This document shows, one piece after another, positions 48,452 through 58,264 of a stretch of 64,000 nt of DNA (positions within the stretch are counted from its first letter, which is position 1; every line of letters begins with the position of its first letter). The notes under the pieces are model-generated. The model saw nothing but the letters and a program-made list of their open reading frames with translations. It ran no database searches and was not told where the DNA came from. Source of the stretch: a virus; IMG/VR virus record IMGVR_UViG_3300021962_000023, positions 32,001-96,000 of that record; one strand, written 5' to 3'. The position numbers and the translations under genes were made by a program.

Positions 48452-50761
48452 TTAATTTTTTGGAGTTATTCTAAATTGTGCTTCCAATGTAGTTATCCAA
48501 CCATCATTTGAAATACTATGTTTAACATTTGTAATCTGAAATACACCGATTTGATTATATATTTCAGGCACACCATTAATTCTAAAATATTCACCACAAC
48601 TGAATCCACCCATACCATCTATTCCAATTGTAACTTCAATTGGACTCAATGTACTTTTGGCATCGGATTGAGGAGCTTTTACATATTTTTTAATTAAATC
48701 AACATCGGTAAATATTAATGGTTTAATATCTCCTTTTCCTTTTTTAAATTTTATAGATTTTTGAGCAATTATATCGGTATAATTTTTTGGCTCATTTGGT
48801 TCGGGTTCTTTATCATCCTTTGGAACAACTTCCTTTTTAGCAGCTTCATTGTAATTCTTCTCCAATGCTTTTAAATCTATTACATTGATAGAAAAAAATC
48901 CATCAGCATTACTCATTAATGAATTATCAAACTCTTGATAAACTTCCGGTGGTAGAGGTATTTCCGGTAACTTCTTATCCGTATCTTTTAATTTTTTTAA
49001 AGCATTTGTTAAAAATCTCTGAGCGTTGAATACAGTTCTACCGGCAACTAAATTACTCATTTCAAAATTAAAACTAAAATTTCTTACATTTGATTCTAAT
49101 GAATTAATTTTAAATTTATAAATGCCAGTTTCTTCAATTGGTTTATCATGTGTAGATGTCCAATCAATTACCGATGCAGTTGTTCCTTCTTCGTAAGAAC
49201 TATTGGTAAGTCTAAATTTACCCAAAGATGCACCATTTATACTATTCAATATTGCTACTAAAAAATCTTTTCTACTATAAGATGCTTTCCAAGCTTGTAC
49301 TATTATTTTATAATTTACAAAAATATTTAAAGCATTTCCACAAGTACTACCATCATCCAATGTTGGATTTATTATACCATCGCTATCTAATGAATTTTTA
49401 ATTTTCTTACCCTCATTTAAAGAATACCCATTTATAGAACCATCTATTGTTTCTTTTGCTATTTGAATATTATCTTGCTCTTTATCCCCCTTTATAGGTG
49501 CTCTGAATTTAACCATTTCCTTATTTGGAAATATGACATCAGTATTAGTTGATATTATGTTTTTATGAGAACGAATTGGAATATATTCTTTCATAGAACC
49601 ATCAACATTATATTGTGGTATGTTGAATTTAAAAGTATCTTCGGCATATCCACCATTATCTCCCAAAGAATAATTCATTAATTTTTTTAAAATAAATCTA
49701 AGAGTAACATATGAATCAGTTGATGCAACTTCATCAGCTTTAGTTTCATTTACTTTACCCCAATTAAAAAATTCAGATTCTACTTCTTCTTTTGTTACTT
49801 TACTTTTAAATTGTTTAGCTTCTAAATTTAAATCAGCTGACATTTGAGATAACCATTGCTGCCAATGTGGTGTATTTACTTTTGCTTGAGTTGCTATATT
49901 TGATTTATCATTACCAATATTAATTGGAATTGCTAATGACATTTGATTTCCTTGAGAAACTTCCAAATTAACAGTATATGTACCATCGGCATCAATTCCA
50001 AATGAGTAATCAGTCACCTTGCCGGCAACCATATCATATGAACCCAATGATTTTTCAACATGCTTTTGAAATAATTTTAAAGATGTTGTGTTGAATCTAT
50101 AATAATTTGAAAATTTTTCTACAAAATCATTATAGTTTGTTTTATCAAATAATTGACCGGATACATATGCTGAATTTGAATATGCATCCTTTGGTTTTTT
50201 ATTACCTCTGTATATATCCAATGTATTATCACCATACTCTACTAATATGTTCATACCAGGTTTACAAAAAAACAATTCAAACATTTCAAATTGCTTTAAT
50301 GAAAAACATCTAACATTTACTTTTGCTGTTTTTAATGTATTGTTAGCACCATCGGTGTCAATTTCAATAGATTCTATAATTGGTGTAGAAATTCTTCTAT
50401 TAGTTTCACCGATAATTTTTATAGGTGTGCCTTTAAAATCTATACCAACTATTGTTTCATTTTGTTGATAAGTAAGTGCTTCGGAATTTATATCATTCTT
50501 AATTATACATCCCCAATAATCACTACTATTTGTTGAATTATCCGATATTATATCTTCAAATTTTCTAGCCTTAGCATTCGGGTCAGTACTCTTCATACCA
50601 CTAACACTAACAACCTTTGCACCAGATGTTAATGTAGCCCAAGGCATTTTTAAATAATTATTAATTGGATTAGTATTCTCACCTACTAAGTAAGATGCTT
50701 CCCTATCTTCCAATACATTCTTAACCCAATCTTTAAGTGGAGCCAAATATGGAAATCCCAT
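48452..50761 (-). CDS. Baseplate hub-like structural protein
   Basis: P.I.S..I, K.A.V...CFS..Q, C-terminal G..G...GE.FR....P..Y..GVFQI..V.H.I....W.T. Confidence 0.6.
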   Translation of the reverse strand: MGFPYLAPLKDWVKNVLEDREASYLVGENTNPINNYLKMPWATLTSGAKVVSVSGMKSTDPNAKARKFEDIISDNSTNSSDYWGCIIKNDINSEALTYQQNETIVGIDFKGTPIKIIGETNRRISTPIIESIEIDTDGANNTLKTAKVNVRCFSLKQFEMFELFFCKPGMNILVEYGDNTLDIYRGNKKPKDAYSNSAYVSGQLFDKTNYNDFVEKFSNYYRFNTTSLKLFQKHVEKSLGSYDMVAGKVTDYSFGIDADGTYTVNLEVSQGNQMSLAIPINIGNDKSNIATQAKVNTPHWQQWLSQMSADLNLEAKQFKSKVTKEEVESEFFNWGKVNETKADEVASTDSYVTLRFILKKLMNYSLGDNGGYAEDTFKFNIPQYNVDGSMKEYIPIRSHKNIISTNTDVIFPNKEMVKFRAPIKGDKEQDNIQIAKETIDGSINGYSLNEGKKIKNSLDSDGIINPTLDDGSTCGNALNIFVNYKIIVQAWKASYSRKDFLVAILNSINGASLGKFRLTNSSYEEGTTASVIDWTSTHDKPIEETGIYKFKINSLESNVRNFSFNFEMSNLVAGRTVFNAQRFLTNALKKLKDTDKKLPEIPLPPEVYQEFDNSLMSNADGFFSINVIDLKALEKNYNEAAKKEVVPKDDKEPEPNEPKNYTDIIAQKSIKFKKGKGDIKPLIFTDVDLIKKYVKAPQSDAKSTLSPIEVTIGIDGMGGFSCGEYFRINGVPEIYNQIGVFQITNVKHSISNDGWITTLEAQFRITPKN

Positions 50762-50764
50762 AAC

Positions 50765-51067
50765 TTATTTATTTATTTTTCTTAAATCATTTAATATTTT
50801 ATTCGTATCGGATGGTATTCTCATTTGTTTACCAGCTTCAACATAAAATGTAGCATCATTTATATTATTAGCGGTTGCTATAACCCACCACATTGATTGG
50901 TCACCATAATATTTATGTGCTAATAAATCTAATCTATCCCCAGCTTCAGAAATAATATATAAATCCTTATCATTTGGTTTAATAATAGGATATATTGTAG
51001 ATTCTAAATATTCTTTCTTAGTTTCGTTTGTTTTTAATACTTCACTGTATGTGTATCTACTCGCCAT
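50765..51067 (-). CDS. LysM-like baseplate wedge protein
   Basis: GDRLDLLA.KYYGD...WWVIA.AN, G.Q.RIP. Confidence 0.8.
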   Translation of the reverse strand: MASRYTYSEVLKTNETKKEYLESTIYPIIKPNDKDLYIISEAGDRLDLLAHKYYGDQSMWWVIATANNINDATFYVEAGKQMRIPSDTNKILNDLRKINK

Positions 51068-51076
51068 AATTTAAGT

Positions 51077-52660
51077 TTATTTAGGTTCTTCAGCCGATGA
51101 GTTTTCATCCGGAATTTGGGGTTCTTCTTCAAAGGCAAATTTAGTCTGAGCTTCAATAATACTTTGTTGTATTTGTTTAGCTAATTTATTTCTATCACGC
51201 TCTACTTCTGCTTTTGCTGATATCGTATAATTATCATACCCATCAAAATTATATCTAATAACTTTAGTACCGGTATTAACCGCACTATCATCAACCATAT
51301 GTCTTTCAATAATTTTCATACCAAAACTAACATTTATAACTGTTGGGTATAGTCTATTATTAAATTCAGCGGCGCTTGATTGATTAGGGTCAGTACTTGC
51401 CCAAGATGTATTATCATCAATTGAAAATGATAAAGAATCAATTGCACCTAATACATTCTTATATAATTGACCAATTGTTAATTCTATTAAATTTGGAGAA
51501 TATGCTAATGCCGTTGATTCATTTTTATATTTTATATCAGAAATTTCATTATAAGGGAATGCCAATTCTTTTAAAGAATTTAAATTGGAAATCATTCTGT
51601 ACTTTGTTATTTCATCTAAATAATATAATTTAAATTCAAATTTTAAACTTCTATCAACTCCACCATAACGTCTTATTTTATATGGAGAGCCTACATATTT
51701 AAATTCAGACCATTCAGGTGCTATATCTTCATTTAACCCACTAATTGATGCTGGAAATACTAATGAATATTGCTTACCATATGGTTTTATTTTGATATAA
51801 GTTTGTCCTAATTTTGTATTAGCTTTTATTGCTTTTTCAAAATCGGAATCATTATCAAAATCACCATTACTTAACAATATAGTATTGAATTTATCTAAGC
51901 TAATGTATTCATCGGATTTTCTCTCAATTATTTTAGTAGGTGTTTGCCCTGTATAATTTGTAAAATAATCCGAATTTTTTTGTTTGTTACTATAAAGTTT
52001 ACCTGCTAAATTTTTATCGTTAGAAGGTGGTTGTGATTTTTGTCCTTTTTTTCTTTTTTTAGTTACTAATCCCGTAACAGCTTTACCAACGGCTTTTTTA
52101 GCTGCTCCAATACCTGCGCCAATGGCTTTACCAGCCATTTGATTCATATCACCTTTCAACACACCCGAAAGTGCATTTGGTCCCATTGGAACTTTACTTA
52201 TAAAATAATCCTTATTAGCTTCAACTGCATATCTTTCAGCAGAATGGTCGCCAACCGATGTGGGCAATGTACCTTTTGTAACGGGAGAACCTGATTTACT
52301 TTCGAATATAGTATCAGAAGGTCTATTAGCCGACCCACCTAATAAAGAACCTAAGTTTAATAATGGTGGTTTTGCTCCTGGTTTATTAGGGTCATCATTA
52401 TATTTGGCAGATGTGGTTGCTAAACTTCTCGGAGGGTCTACTGTACCTTTAAGAGATATTCTAGGTGTTTCAGTACCATACAACAATGGAGGAGTTACTA
52501 ATTTTTTATAGAAAGTAATTCTTGGTCCGTTTGGATTCAATTCCGCTTGAATAAAATCCATCGCACCACCGATTATTCCTTTATCCTTATGTCCTCCGTT
52601 CCAAGTGGTGACATCTTTATCACCATTTGCTTTTTTAAATAAATCTAAGATTGTTGGCAT
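51077..52660 (-). CDS. Baseplate / tail-tube initiator-like protein
   Basis: C-terminal VFPA.I....E...PEW...Y.G.P...Y..V.RSL.F.F. Confidence 0.6.
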   Translation of the reverse strand: MPTILDLFKKANGDKDVTTWNGGHKDKGIIGGAMDFIQAELNPNGPRITFYKKLVTPPLLYGTETPRISLKGTVDPPRSLATTSAKYNDDPNKPGAKPPLLNLGSLLGGSANRPSDTIFESKSGSPVTKGTLPTSVGDHSAERYAVEANKDYFISKVPMGPNALSGVLKGDMNQMAGKAIGAGIGAAKKAVGKAVTGLVTKKRKKGQKSQPPSNDKNLAGKLYSNKQKNSDYFTNYTGQTPTKIIERKSDEYISLDKFNTILLSNGDFDNDSDFEKAIKANTKLGQTYIKIKPYGKQYSLVFPASISGLNEDIAPEWSEFKYVGSPYKIRRYGGVDRSLKFEFKLYYLDEITKYRMISNLNSLKELAFPYNEISDIKYKNESTALAYSPNLIELTIGQLYKNVLGAIDSLSFSIDDNTSWASTDPNQSSAAEFNNRLYPTVINVSFGMKIIERHMVDDSAVNTGTKVIRYNFDGYDNYTISAKAEVERDRNKLAKQIQQSIIEAQTKFAFEEEPQIPDENSSAEEPK

Positions 52661-52680
52661 TGATAGTATATTCTATTTAC

Positions 52681-52689
52681 TATAAATAT
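52681..52689 (-). promoter_or_regulatory. Putative late promoter motif ATATTTATA
   Basis: Exact copy 21 nt upstream of ATG 52660. Confidence 0.55.
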
Positions 52690-52709
52690 CCTTTAAGAAA
52701 ATTTATGGA

Positions 52710-55586
52710 TTATTTCTTAGGTGTAGCACCTTCGGTATTCCCTTTGTATTTATTATAAGATGCTGATATATGTTTACCATCCAATGATAATACAACTGCC
52801 TTCTCTTGTCCAGTATAAGTTGCTATGGTTAATGCTTCAATTGTTTTTGTCAATTTTACCATTGCCGTTGTATTGGCATTTAAAGTTTGTAATTCTTTAG
52901 TAGTATTTGCAGTATTCTCCATTGTTTTATGGGTTCTATCAACTACTCTTTCTAAATTACCACTCATATAGGTAAGTTTGGCTTGCAACCACTTATCCAT
53001 TTCAGTTATAATTGATGCATTTCCAGGAGTAGATGCTTTTACTGCCGTTGGAGTTACCGGCGGTATTTGAGTTGCAACACTTGCAGCAGGTGTTGCTTTT
53101 TTAGCCTGCGCTTCTGCTTTTATTTGGTCGGAATCTTTTCCAAGTAATCCAAATGTTAAACCACTTAATACACTACTACCGGCATTCATAAATTTCTGAC
53201 CAGTACTTGCGTTTTCATCTGCTGTAAATCCTTGGAATCCATCATAAAGTCCTTTGGCAATCATCAATGGTGCCGCTACTTTACCCAATAATCCACCTGC
53301 TTTGCCTAATATACCACCACCTGCTTTGCCCAAAAATCCACCGGCTTTACTTAAAAGTCCACCACCTCCGCCACCCATTGCTCCGGCTGCTTTTGGTAAA
53401 AGTTTATTTGTAAGTAATCCACCAGCCAATCCACCACCAAGTGTTAATGCGTTTTCTCCAACACTTCTTTCTACACCCAATTGTTTTTCTTGCGCTTTTA
53501 GAGCTTGCATTTGAGGACTATTAAGTAATGCTTCCTCAATAAGAGTATTCAATTGAGCTTGTTTTGCTTGTTGGTCTGCTAATGAATTTTGATATGCAGT
53601 ATAACCAGGTGAATTTAAATAAGCTTCAGTAATTTTTTGAGATAACTTTGCATCTATAATAGCTTGGTCAGCTGAAATAATAGCTTGCTGAGATGCCAAT
53701 GTTTGTTGTGCAGATTGAGTTCTACTTAAAAACGATTGGTTACCAGCTTTTACATTTCCTGCCGTAGCACTAACTGATGTTCCTGTATTTTGGTTTATTT
53801 TAGATAGGGTTGTCAAATCCATACCTGTGGCTTGTTGCAACATTTGTTGTTGGAACATATCCATATTAGCAGGGTCTAATCCTTGAGCCTTTAATGCGTT
53901 TACCGCACCAGCCGTATCTCCACTTGCAAATTTAGCTCTTACTTCGGAAAGGTCTACATTCTTACCTAACATAGCTGATAACTGCATTTCGGATTTGATA
54001 CTATCTTTATAGTTCAAAACCATACCTTGTCCAGCTTTTGCTATATCATTGAAACTAACACCCATTGATTTAGCAAATATAACTTGTTTAGATAATGCAG
54101 ATGCACTTTTGATTTGGTAACCTAACATATCTTTAGATGCGGTTGCCATTTCTTCCATAACACCACCTAAATTAACATTAGCTTGTGCAGCCATTGCTCT
54201 CAAACCTTCTTGCATATTGAGTGCACTTGTGGCAGTTAAGCCATCCATTCTCATATATGCTTCATTGATTGATGCTATATTTTCGGCAGATTGACCCGTT
54301 CTACTTTGTAAAACTGCCATATCAGAACCTACTTTACCAGTTGGCATTTTACCAGTCGCATCTGCTGCGGCTGTCATTGAACTAGCGATTTGGTCTGCCC
54401 CAATACCTGCCAATTGTAATTGTCCGGCTGCATATGCTACACTTCCAATTGAATTACCAAATAAACCTGTTTTAGATGCAGCCTGAAATTCAGCGGCATT
54501 AGATTTCATAGTAGCACTGAACTGATTTGCTGCTCTTTGAGCTGCAAAATTTCGTTCAATTCCCAATCTATTTAATTCATTCTCATTATCAATTTGAGAT
54601 TGAGAAAGTTCTAATCCAATTTTTTGTGATATGAAACCTCTTTCGTTATTTATTTTTACAAGCTCTTTGGCTCCATCGATTATATTTTGTTGTTTATCAA
54701 AATATGTTTCGGCGGCAACTTGCATCGGTGCTCCAAAATAATTCATTGCTAACGCACCGGCTGCGGCTCCCAATGCTACCAATCCCGCTCTAAGTCCGGG
54801 CATATCTTTGTTAGCCATATTTTTGAATACATCGGACATCTGACCTGCCAATGGTATTCCGGAACTACCAAATGTATCCAATGATTGATTCAATGATTCT
54901 AATCTATCTGCACTTCTTTGAGCAGATGCATTAAATTCATCCATCTCTTGCTTTGCAGCAGTTATCATTTTTAATAATTCTCTACCCGATTCAGTTGAGT
55001 CATCTATTTTTGATACCAATGTATCAAAATTTTCATATGAATCTTTTACCATATCATTGAATTGTGATTGGGTCATTTTACCTCTCATCAATTCTTTACT
55101 AGCATTTGCAATAGAAACATTCATTCCCTTATATGCTCTACTAGCTTCTATAACATTATCTACCTGTTGTTCGGATAAATCGTTGGAGTTTTGCAAAACA
55201 TTTGAAATGCTTTGCATTGTATTTTTTGCTGAATCTAATTTGGTAGAAAAAACATCATATAATTTGTTAGTTTTACCAATTTGGCTTCCAATACTTGTTA
55301 AGGTATCATCTATATCATCGAAGTTTTCTAATGTTCTTTTAATGTTTTTATTAGAATCCTCAATTTCATCATTTAATTTTTCATACGATTTAAAAGCACT
55401 ATTTATCTTATCTTGTAAATTTTTCATACTTCCGTATGTTTTTTCAAGATATTTTAAAGTATCCTCATCAATTTTTAAACCTTTGGATTTGGCTTCATTG
55501 ATTTGCTTCCACTTATCAGCCATTTGATTAAGCTCATTGAACTGATTTGCGTTATTCTGCCCCTCGCTTCGTATGTTTTTAGCCAT
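52710..55586 (-). CDS. Tape measure protein
   Basis: 958 aa, helical and Ala/Gln-rich, with a Gly-rich hydrophobic segment; lies between the chaperone and baseplate genes. Confidence 0.85.
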   Translation of the reverse strand: MAKNIRSEGQNNANQFNELNQMADKWKQINEAKSKGLKIDEDTLKYLEKTYGSMKNLQDKINSAFKSYEKLNDEIEDSNKNIKRTLENFDDIDDTLTSIGSQIGKTNKLYDVFSTKLDSAKNTMQSISNVLQNSNDLSEQQVDNVIEASRAYKGMNVSIANASKELMRGKMTQSQFNDMVKDSYENFDTLVSKIDDSTESGRELLKMITAAKQEMDEFNASAQRSADRLESLNQSLDTFGSSGIPLAGQMSDVFKNMANKDMPGLRAGLVALGAAAGALAMNYFGAPMQVAAETYFDKQQNIIDGAKELVKINNERGFISQKIGLELSQSQIDNENELNRLGIERNFAAQRAANQFSATMKSNAAEFQAASKTGLFGNSIGSVAYAAGQLQLAGIGADQIASSMTAAADATGKMPTGKVGSDMAVLQSRTGQSAENIASINEAYMRMDGLTATSALNMQEGLRAMAAQANVNLGGVMEEMATASKDMLGYQIKSASALSKQVIFAKSMGVSFNDIAKAGQGMVLNYKDSIKSEMQLSAMLGKNVDLSEVRAKFASGDTAGAVNALKAQGLDPANMDMFQQQMLQQATGMDLTTLSKINQNTGTSVSATAGNVKAGNQSFLSRTQSAQQTLASQQAIISADQAIIDAKLSQKITEAYLNSPGYTAYQNSLADQQAKQAQLNTLIEEALLNSPQMQALKAQEKQLGVERSVGENALTLGGGLAGGLLTNKLLPKAAGAMGGGGGGLLSKAGGFLGKAGGGILGKAGGLLGKVAAPLMIAKGLYDGFQGFTADENASTGQKFMNAGSSVLSGLTFGLLGKDSDQIKAEAQAKKATPAASVATQIPPVTPTAVKASTPGNASIITEMDKWLQAKLTYMSGNLERVVDRTHKTMENTANTTKELQTLNANTTAMVKLTKTIEALTIATYTGQEKAVVLSLDGKHISASYNKYKGNTEGATPKK

Positions 55587-55597
55587 TTATTAAGTGG

Positions 55598-55852
55598 TTA
55601 TTTTATACCATATTTTTTAGTAAATGCATCAATGTGGCTAGAATCTAAACCCAACTTATCCATAGCAGCTTTTTGTACTCTTACACTATTAGATAACGAT
55701 TTATCATAATCAGACCATATATTAGCCAATTCCGGGTCAGCTTTTCTTAATTTTTGAAGCCATTCACTTTCATTCCCATCAGCTTTTGCTTTAAAAAAAC
55801 TTTTGAAAAAGTCCATTAAACCCGATTCTCTTACCAATATTCTTTTAGACAT
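55598..55852 (-). CDS. Hypothetical protein with MSKRILVRE leader
   Basis: Late motif upstream. Confidence 0.55.
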   Translation of the reverse strand: MSKRILVRESGLMDFFKSFFKAKADGNESEWLQKLRKADPELANIWSDYDKSLSNSVRVQKAAMDKLGLDSSHIDAFTKKYGIK

Positions 55853-55875
55853 GATTGTTTATATTATAATACTAT

Positions 55876-55884
55876 TATAAATAT
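55876..55884 (-). promoter_or_regulatory. Putative late promoter motif ATATTTATA
   Basis: Exact copy 24 nt upstream of ATG 55852. Confidence 0.55.
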
Positions 55885-56144
55885 CATCTTCTTCTCGTTT
55901 TAGAAGAATTATTTGATGATTTAGCTTTTTCGATGGTTTCATTTTCTTCTTCTTTTGTTTTAAGAAGTTCTCTCCAATAAAAATCTCTTAATTTTATAGG
56001 CATAAAATATAAGTCATGCCAATTAAAACCACCATTGGCAAAGTAAATCATTTGAAAAATTTTCTGATGTAAAACTACTGAATAGTTAGTCGGCAGGGTA
56101 AAAAAAGTCAACCCCAAACGGGATTCGGAGAGCCTCCTTCTCAC
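55884..56144 (-). CDS. Tail assembly chaperone C-terminal extension (T part of a G/GT-type frameshift product)
   Basis: No convincing own start; overlaps the end of the chaperone in the +1 frame; GF.W.DLY.MP..LR.FY pattern. Confidence 0.6.
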   Translation of the reverse strand: MRRRLSESRLGLTFFTLPTNYSVVLHQKIFQMIYFANGGFNWHDLYFMPIKLRDFYWRELLKTKEEENETIEKAKSSNNSSKTRRR

Positions 56145-56895
56145 CGGTCAATGGAGATTCATAATCAAATGTTAAATCCAAATCAGGTGTCATTGATGCC
56201 ATATGTTTTCTCAATGCTTTTGAATCACCTGCTAATAATCTATTTGATACGAAGTTACTAATACTACCCAAATCTCTATTCCCATCTATCTCCACAATAA
56301 TACGTCTATATCTTGCTGTGATTTCATTACCTTGCTTTAAAGTCTTTTCACTTGCTTCAATATCTTTATTAATAGCAAGTTCATCAGTATGGGTTAATAA
56401 TTTAAATTTAATTTGAGATTTTGAAATAGGTAAAGTGAAATCGTATTCATTTTTTCTATTAAACAATGATTCATCAATTTCTTTAATTTTTATTTTAGAT
56501 AAATCAACAATAGTTTCGGTTGGTTCACCGGTTTCAGGGTCTGTAATTGTTACCGAATATTCTGGTCCAAATGCCAATATTCTCGATGAAATCAAAATAG
56601 CATTTTTATCTCCAATAAGTAAATCACCTATATTAACTCCCGGCTCAACTACAACCGATTCTAATAATTTGTCCAAATGGATACCTTTTTTAATCAAATT
56701 AGATGAAGTCAAAATATCTTCTTCTTTGGCAGTCATTAATTTAATTGTGATTTCTCCTTTGGATAATGGAGATGATTCCGGGTAACATAAACCTTTTGAT
56801 GGTAAACTAATAACCTCTGTTGGAAATGGATATGTTCTTTGTGTAGATTGTACACCCAATCCTCTTGTAACTTGTTGTTCTAATTGTTGTTCCAT
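56086..56895 (-). CDS. Tail assembly chaperone / T4 gp26-like baseplate hub assembly protein
   Basis: EVI.LPSKG..Y, MTAKEEDIL, D...GDKNAIL...RI..G..Y, FFYP C-terminus. Start MEQQ at 56895. Confidence 0.75.
   Translation of the reverse strand: MEQQLEQQVTRGLGVQSTQRTYPFPTEVISLPSKGLCYPESSPLSKGEITIKLMTAKEEDILTSSNLIKKGIHLDKLLESVVVEPGVNIGDLLIGDKNAILISSRILAFGPEYSVTITDPETGEPTETIVDLSKIKIKEIDESLFNRKNEYDFTLPISKSQIKFKLLTHTDELAINKDIEASEKTLKQGNEITARYRRIIVEIDGNRDLGSISNFVSNRLLAGDSKALRKHMASMTPDLDLTFDYESPLTGEKEALRIPFGVDFFYPAD
56100..56106 (-). promoter_or_regulatory. Candidate programmed frameshift site (U7 run)
   Basis: GAC UUU UUU UAC; a +1 or -2 shift enters the downstream ORF. Confidence 0.55.
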
Positions 56896-56931
56896 AAATA
56901 ATAACTTAATGTTTATATATAAGTATATATA

Positions 56932-56970
56932 AAACAAAAAAGCAGTGAGGAATCCCCCACTGCTTTGTTT
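56932..56970. terminator. Intrinsic terminator, possibly bidirectional
   Basis: AAAGCAGTG/CACTGCTTT stem with A- and T-tracts on both sides. Confidence 0.8.
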
Positions 56971-56986
56971 TTAACATTATGAAAAA

Positions 56987-57205
56987 TTAAAACTCACATT
57001 CTTCTTCCATATACTGCTTACGCTGTACCAACTCCCATTTAGCTCTCTCATACATCTCATCGGAAATCAACATTCTCTCAAAGAAAATATCCATATTCAA
57101 CTCATGGGGAGGAATTCCCAAATGAAGAGCTCTACTCTCCACAAAATCACAATACTCATTAACACTCATACCACGCACATCGATTAAATTATTCATATCT
57201 CTCAT
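56987..57205 (-). CDS. Small hypothetical protein with its own promoter
   Basis: Bounded by a promoter upstream and a terminator downstream. Confidence 0.6.
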   Translation of the reverse strand: MRDMNNLIDVRGMSVNEYCDFVESRALHLGIPPHELNMDIFFERMLISDEMYERAKWELVQRKQYMEEECEF

Positions 57206-57210
57206 TTTTT

Positions 57211-57252
57211 ATTACATAGTAAAGGTACACAATTAGAAGCAAAAAGTCAAGC
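57211..57252 (-). promoter_or_regulatory. Second-class (putatively early) promoter GCTTGACTTTT..TACCTTTACTATGTAAT
   Basis: Shares an identical 17-mer and 11-mer with 57582..57623 at the same spacing. Confidence 0.7.
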
Positions 57253-57258
57253 TTTTTC

Positions 57259-57555
57259 TTAATTATTTTTCAAAATATATTCAGCTTCTTCTGCCCAACT
57301 TTCGTTCACTAAATGCCAGTAACAAACATTAAGGTCAATAATATCGTAACCACTATCGTTAGGGTTGACGGTAACTACTCCCTTTTTAACCAAAGAACTC
57401 AAAGCACCTCTGATAATTTTAGTAGAAACACCAGTACATGCACTAATATCATTTACATCCACATCGGAGAAACCAGGTTCAGCGTATAAACAATCGGTGA
57501 AAGCAGTTAAGGTTTTTGATTCTAATTCGGTCAAATTTAATTCTGAAATGTTCAT
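57259..57555 (-). CDS. Winged-helix DNA-binding protein
   Basis: VDVNDISACTGVSTKIIRGALSSLVKKGVV (wHTH pattern). Confidence 0.65.
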   Translation of the reverse strand: MNISELNLTELESKTLTAFTDCLYAEPGFSDVDVNDISACTGVSTKIIRGALSSLVKKGVVTVNPNDSGYDIIDLNVCYWHLVNESWAEEAEYILKNN

Positions 57556-57581
57556 ATCTTTATGTTTTATGTTTAACTCTT

Positions 57582-57623
57582 ATTACATAGTAAAGGTAAT
57601 ACATTTCACGTCAAAAGTCAAGC
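57582..57623 (-). promoter_or_regulatory. Second-class (putatively early) promoter
   Basis: CTTG-N20-TACCTTTA; duplicate of 57211..57252. Confidence 0.7.
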
Positions 57624-57670
57624 CTTTTGTAAAATATTTTTGAAATTTATAATCATTCTAAATAAGACAT

Positions 57671-57700
57671 AAAAAAAGGGATGTATTTCTACACCCCCTT
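57671..57700 (-). terminator. Intrinsic terminator after the tail tube gene
   Basis: GGGGTGTA-GAAA-TACATCCC followed by U7 on the minus strand. Confidence 0.85.
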
Positions 57701-57728
57701 TAATGATTTTAAGTTTTACAATTAGAGA

Positions 57729-58217
57729 TTAGTACTCAAGGATTGCGTAATCATATGTTAAAGTTAATTCAATCGATAATGGGTCATTTGAAGCCCAATC
57801 CAACTCACCGAAGTTTGCTGAAGAAATGAATGCTCCTTTCAAAGTCCATTGTTCTACTTTATCACCAACCGGTCCTAATAGATAGAATGTGATATCTTTC
57901 TTATAAAAAGCTGCATATCCATCTCTACCAGTGATTGATTCATGTGATTGACGAACCCACTCCATAACTTGCTGTGCACCTGATGGTACAATTGGGTCAT
58001 AAAGAGAGATAGTTACATCATCCCATGTAGATTTTCCCTTAATCTTTCTTTTTACATTGATGTGGTCTAACTCAACTACTTCCGATGTGAAAGTTGGTCT
58101 ATTAGCTGTTTTTATCATATATGATTCTATACCATCGATTTCCATAATAAATCGGTTTCCCAATTTTGGTTCGAAGTTTGTATAAAACATTTTGTCGAAT
58201 TCTAATACTTCTGGCAT
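57729..58217 (-). CDS. Tail tube protein, T4 gp19-like
   Basis: NRF.M.I, RP.F, GK..W..V.I.LYD, W.L.GAF...NFG.LDW. Confidence 0.92.
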   Translation of the reverse strand: MPEVLEFDKMFYTNFEPKLGNRFIMEIDGIESYMIKTANRPTFTSEVVELDHINVKRKIKGKSTWDDVTISLYDPIVPSGAQQVMEWVRQSHESITGRDGYAAFYKKDITFYLLGPVGDKVEQWTLKGAFISSANFGELDWASNDPLSIELTLTYDYAILEY

Positions 58218-58243
58218 TTTATTCTCTATTTAGTTGTTTCTAT

Positions 58244-58252
58244 TATAAATAT
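58244..58252 (-). promoter_or_regulatory. Putative late promoter motif ATATTTATA
   Basis: Exact copy 27 nt upstream of the tube gene. Confidence 0.55.
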
Positions 58253-58264
58253 TTGTTTTTCAAA

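Noticed and set aside
56130-56145. AAGGAGG as a Shine-Dalgarno site or frameshift stimulator
   Set aside because: It lies about 25-30 nt upstream of the U-run, too far for known SD-stimulated shifts, and Bacteroidota generally do not use SD pairing.
57556-57728. tRNA or other ncRNA in the longest intergenic gaps
   Set aside because: The gaps are accounted for by promoters, terminators and AT-rich leaders, and no cloverleaf or T-loop motif was seen.
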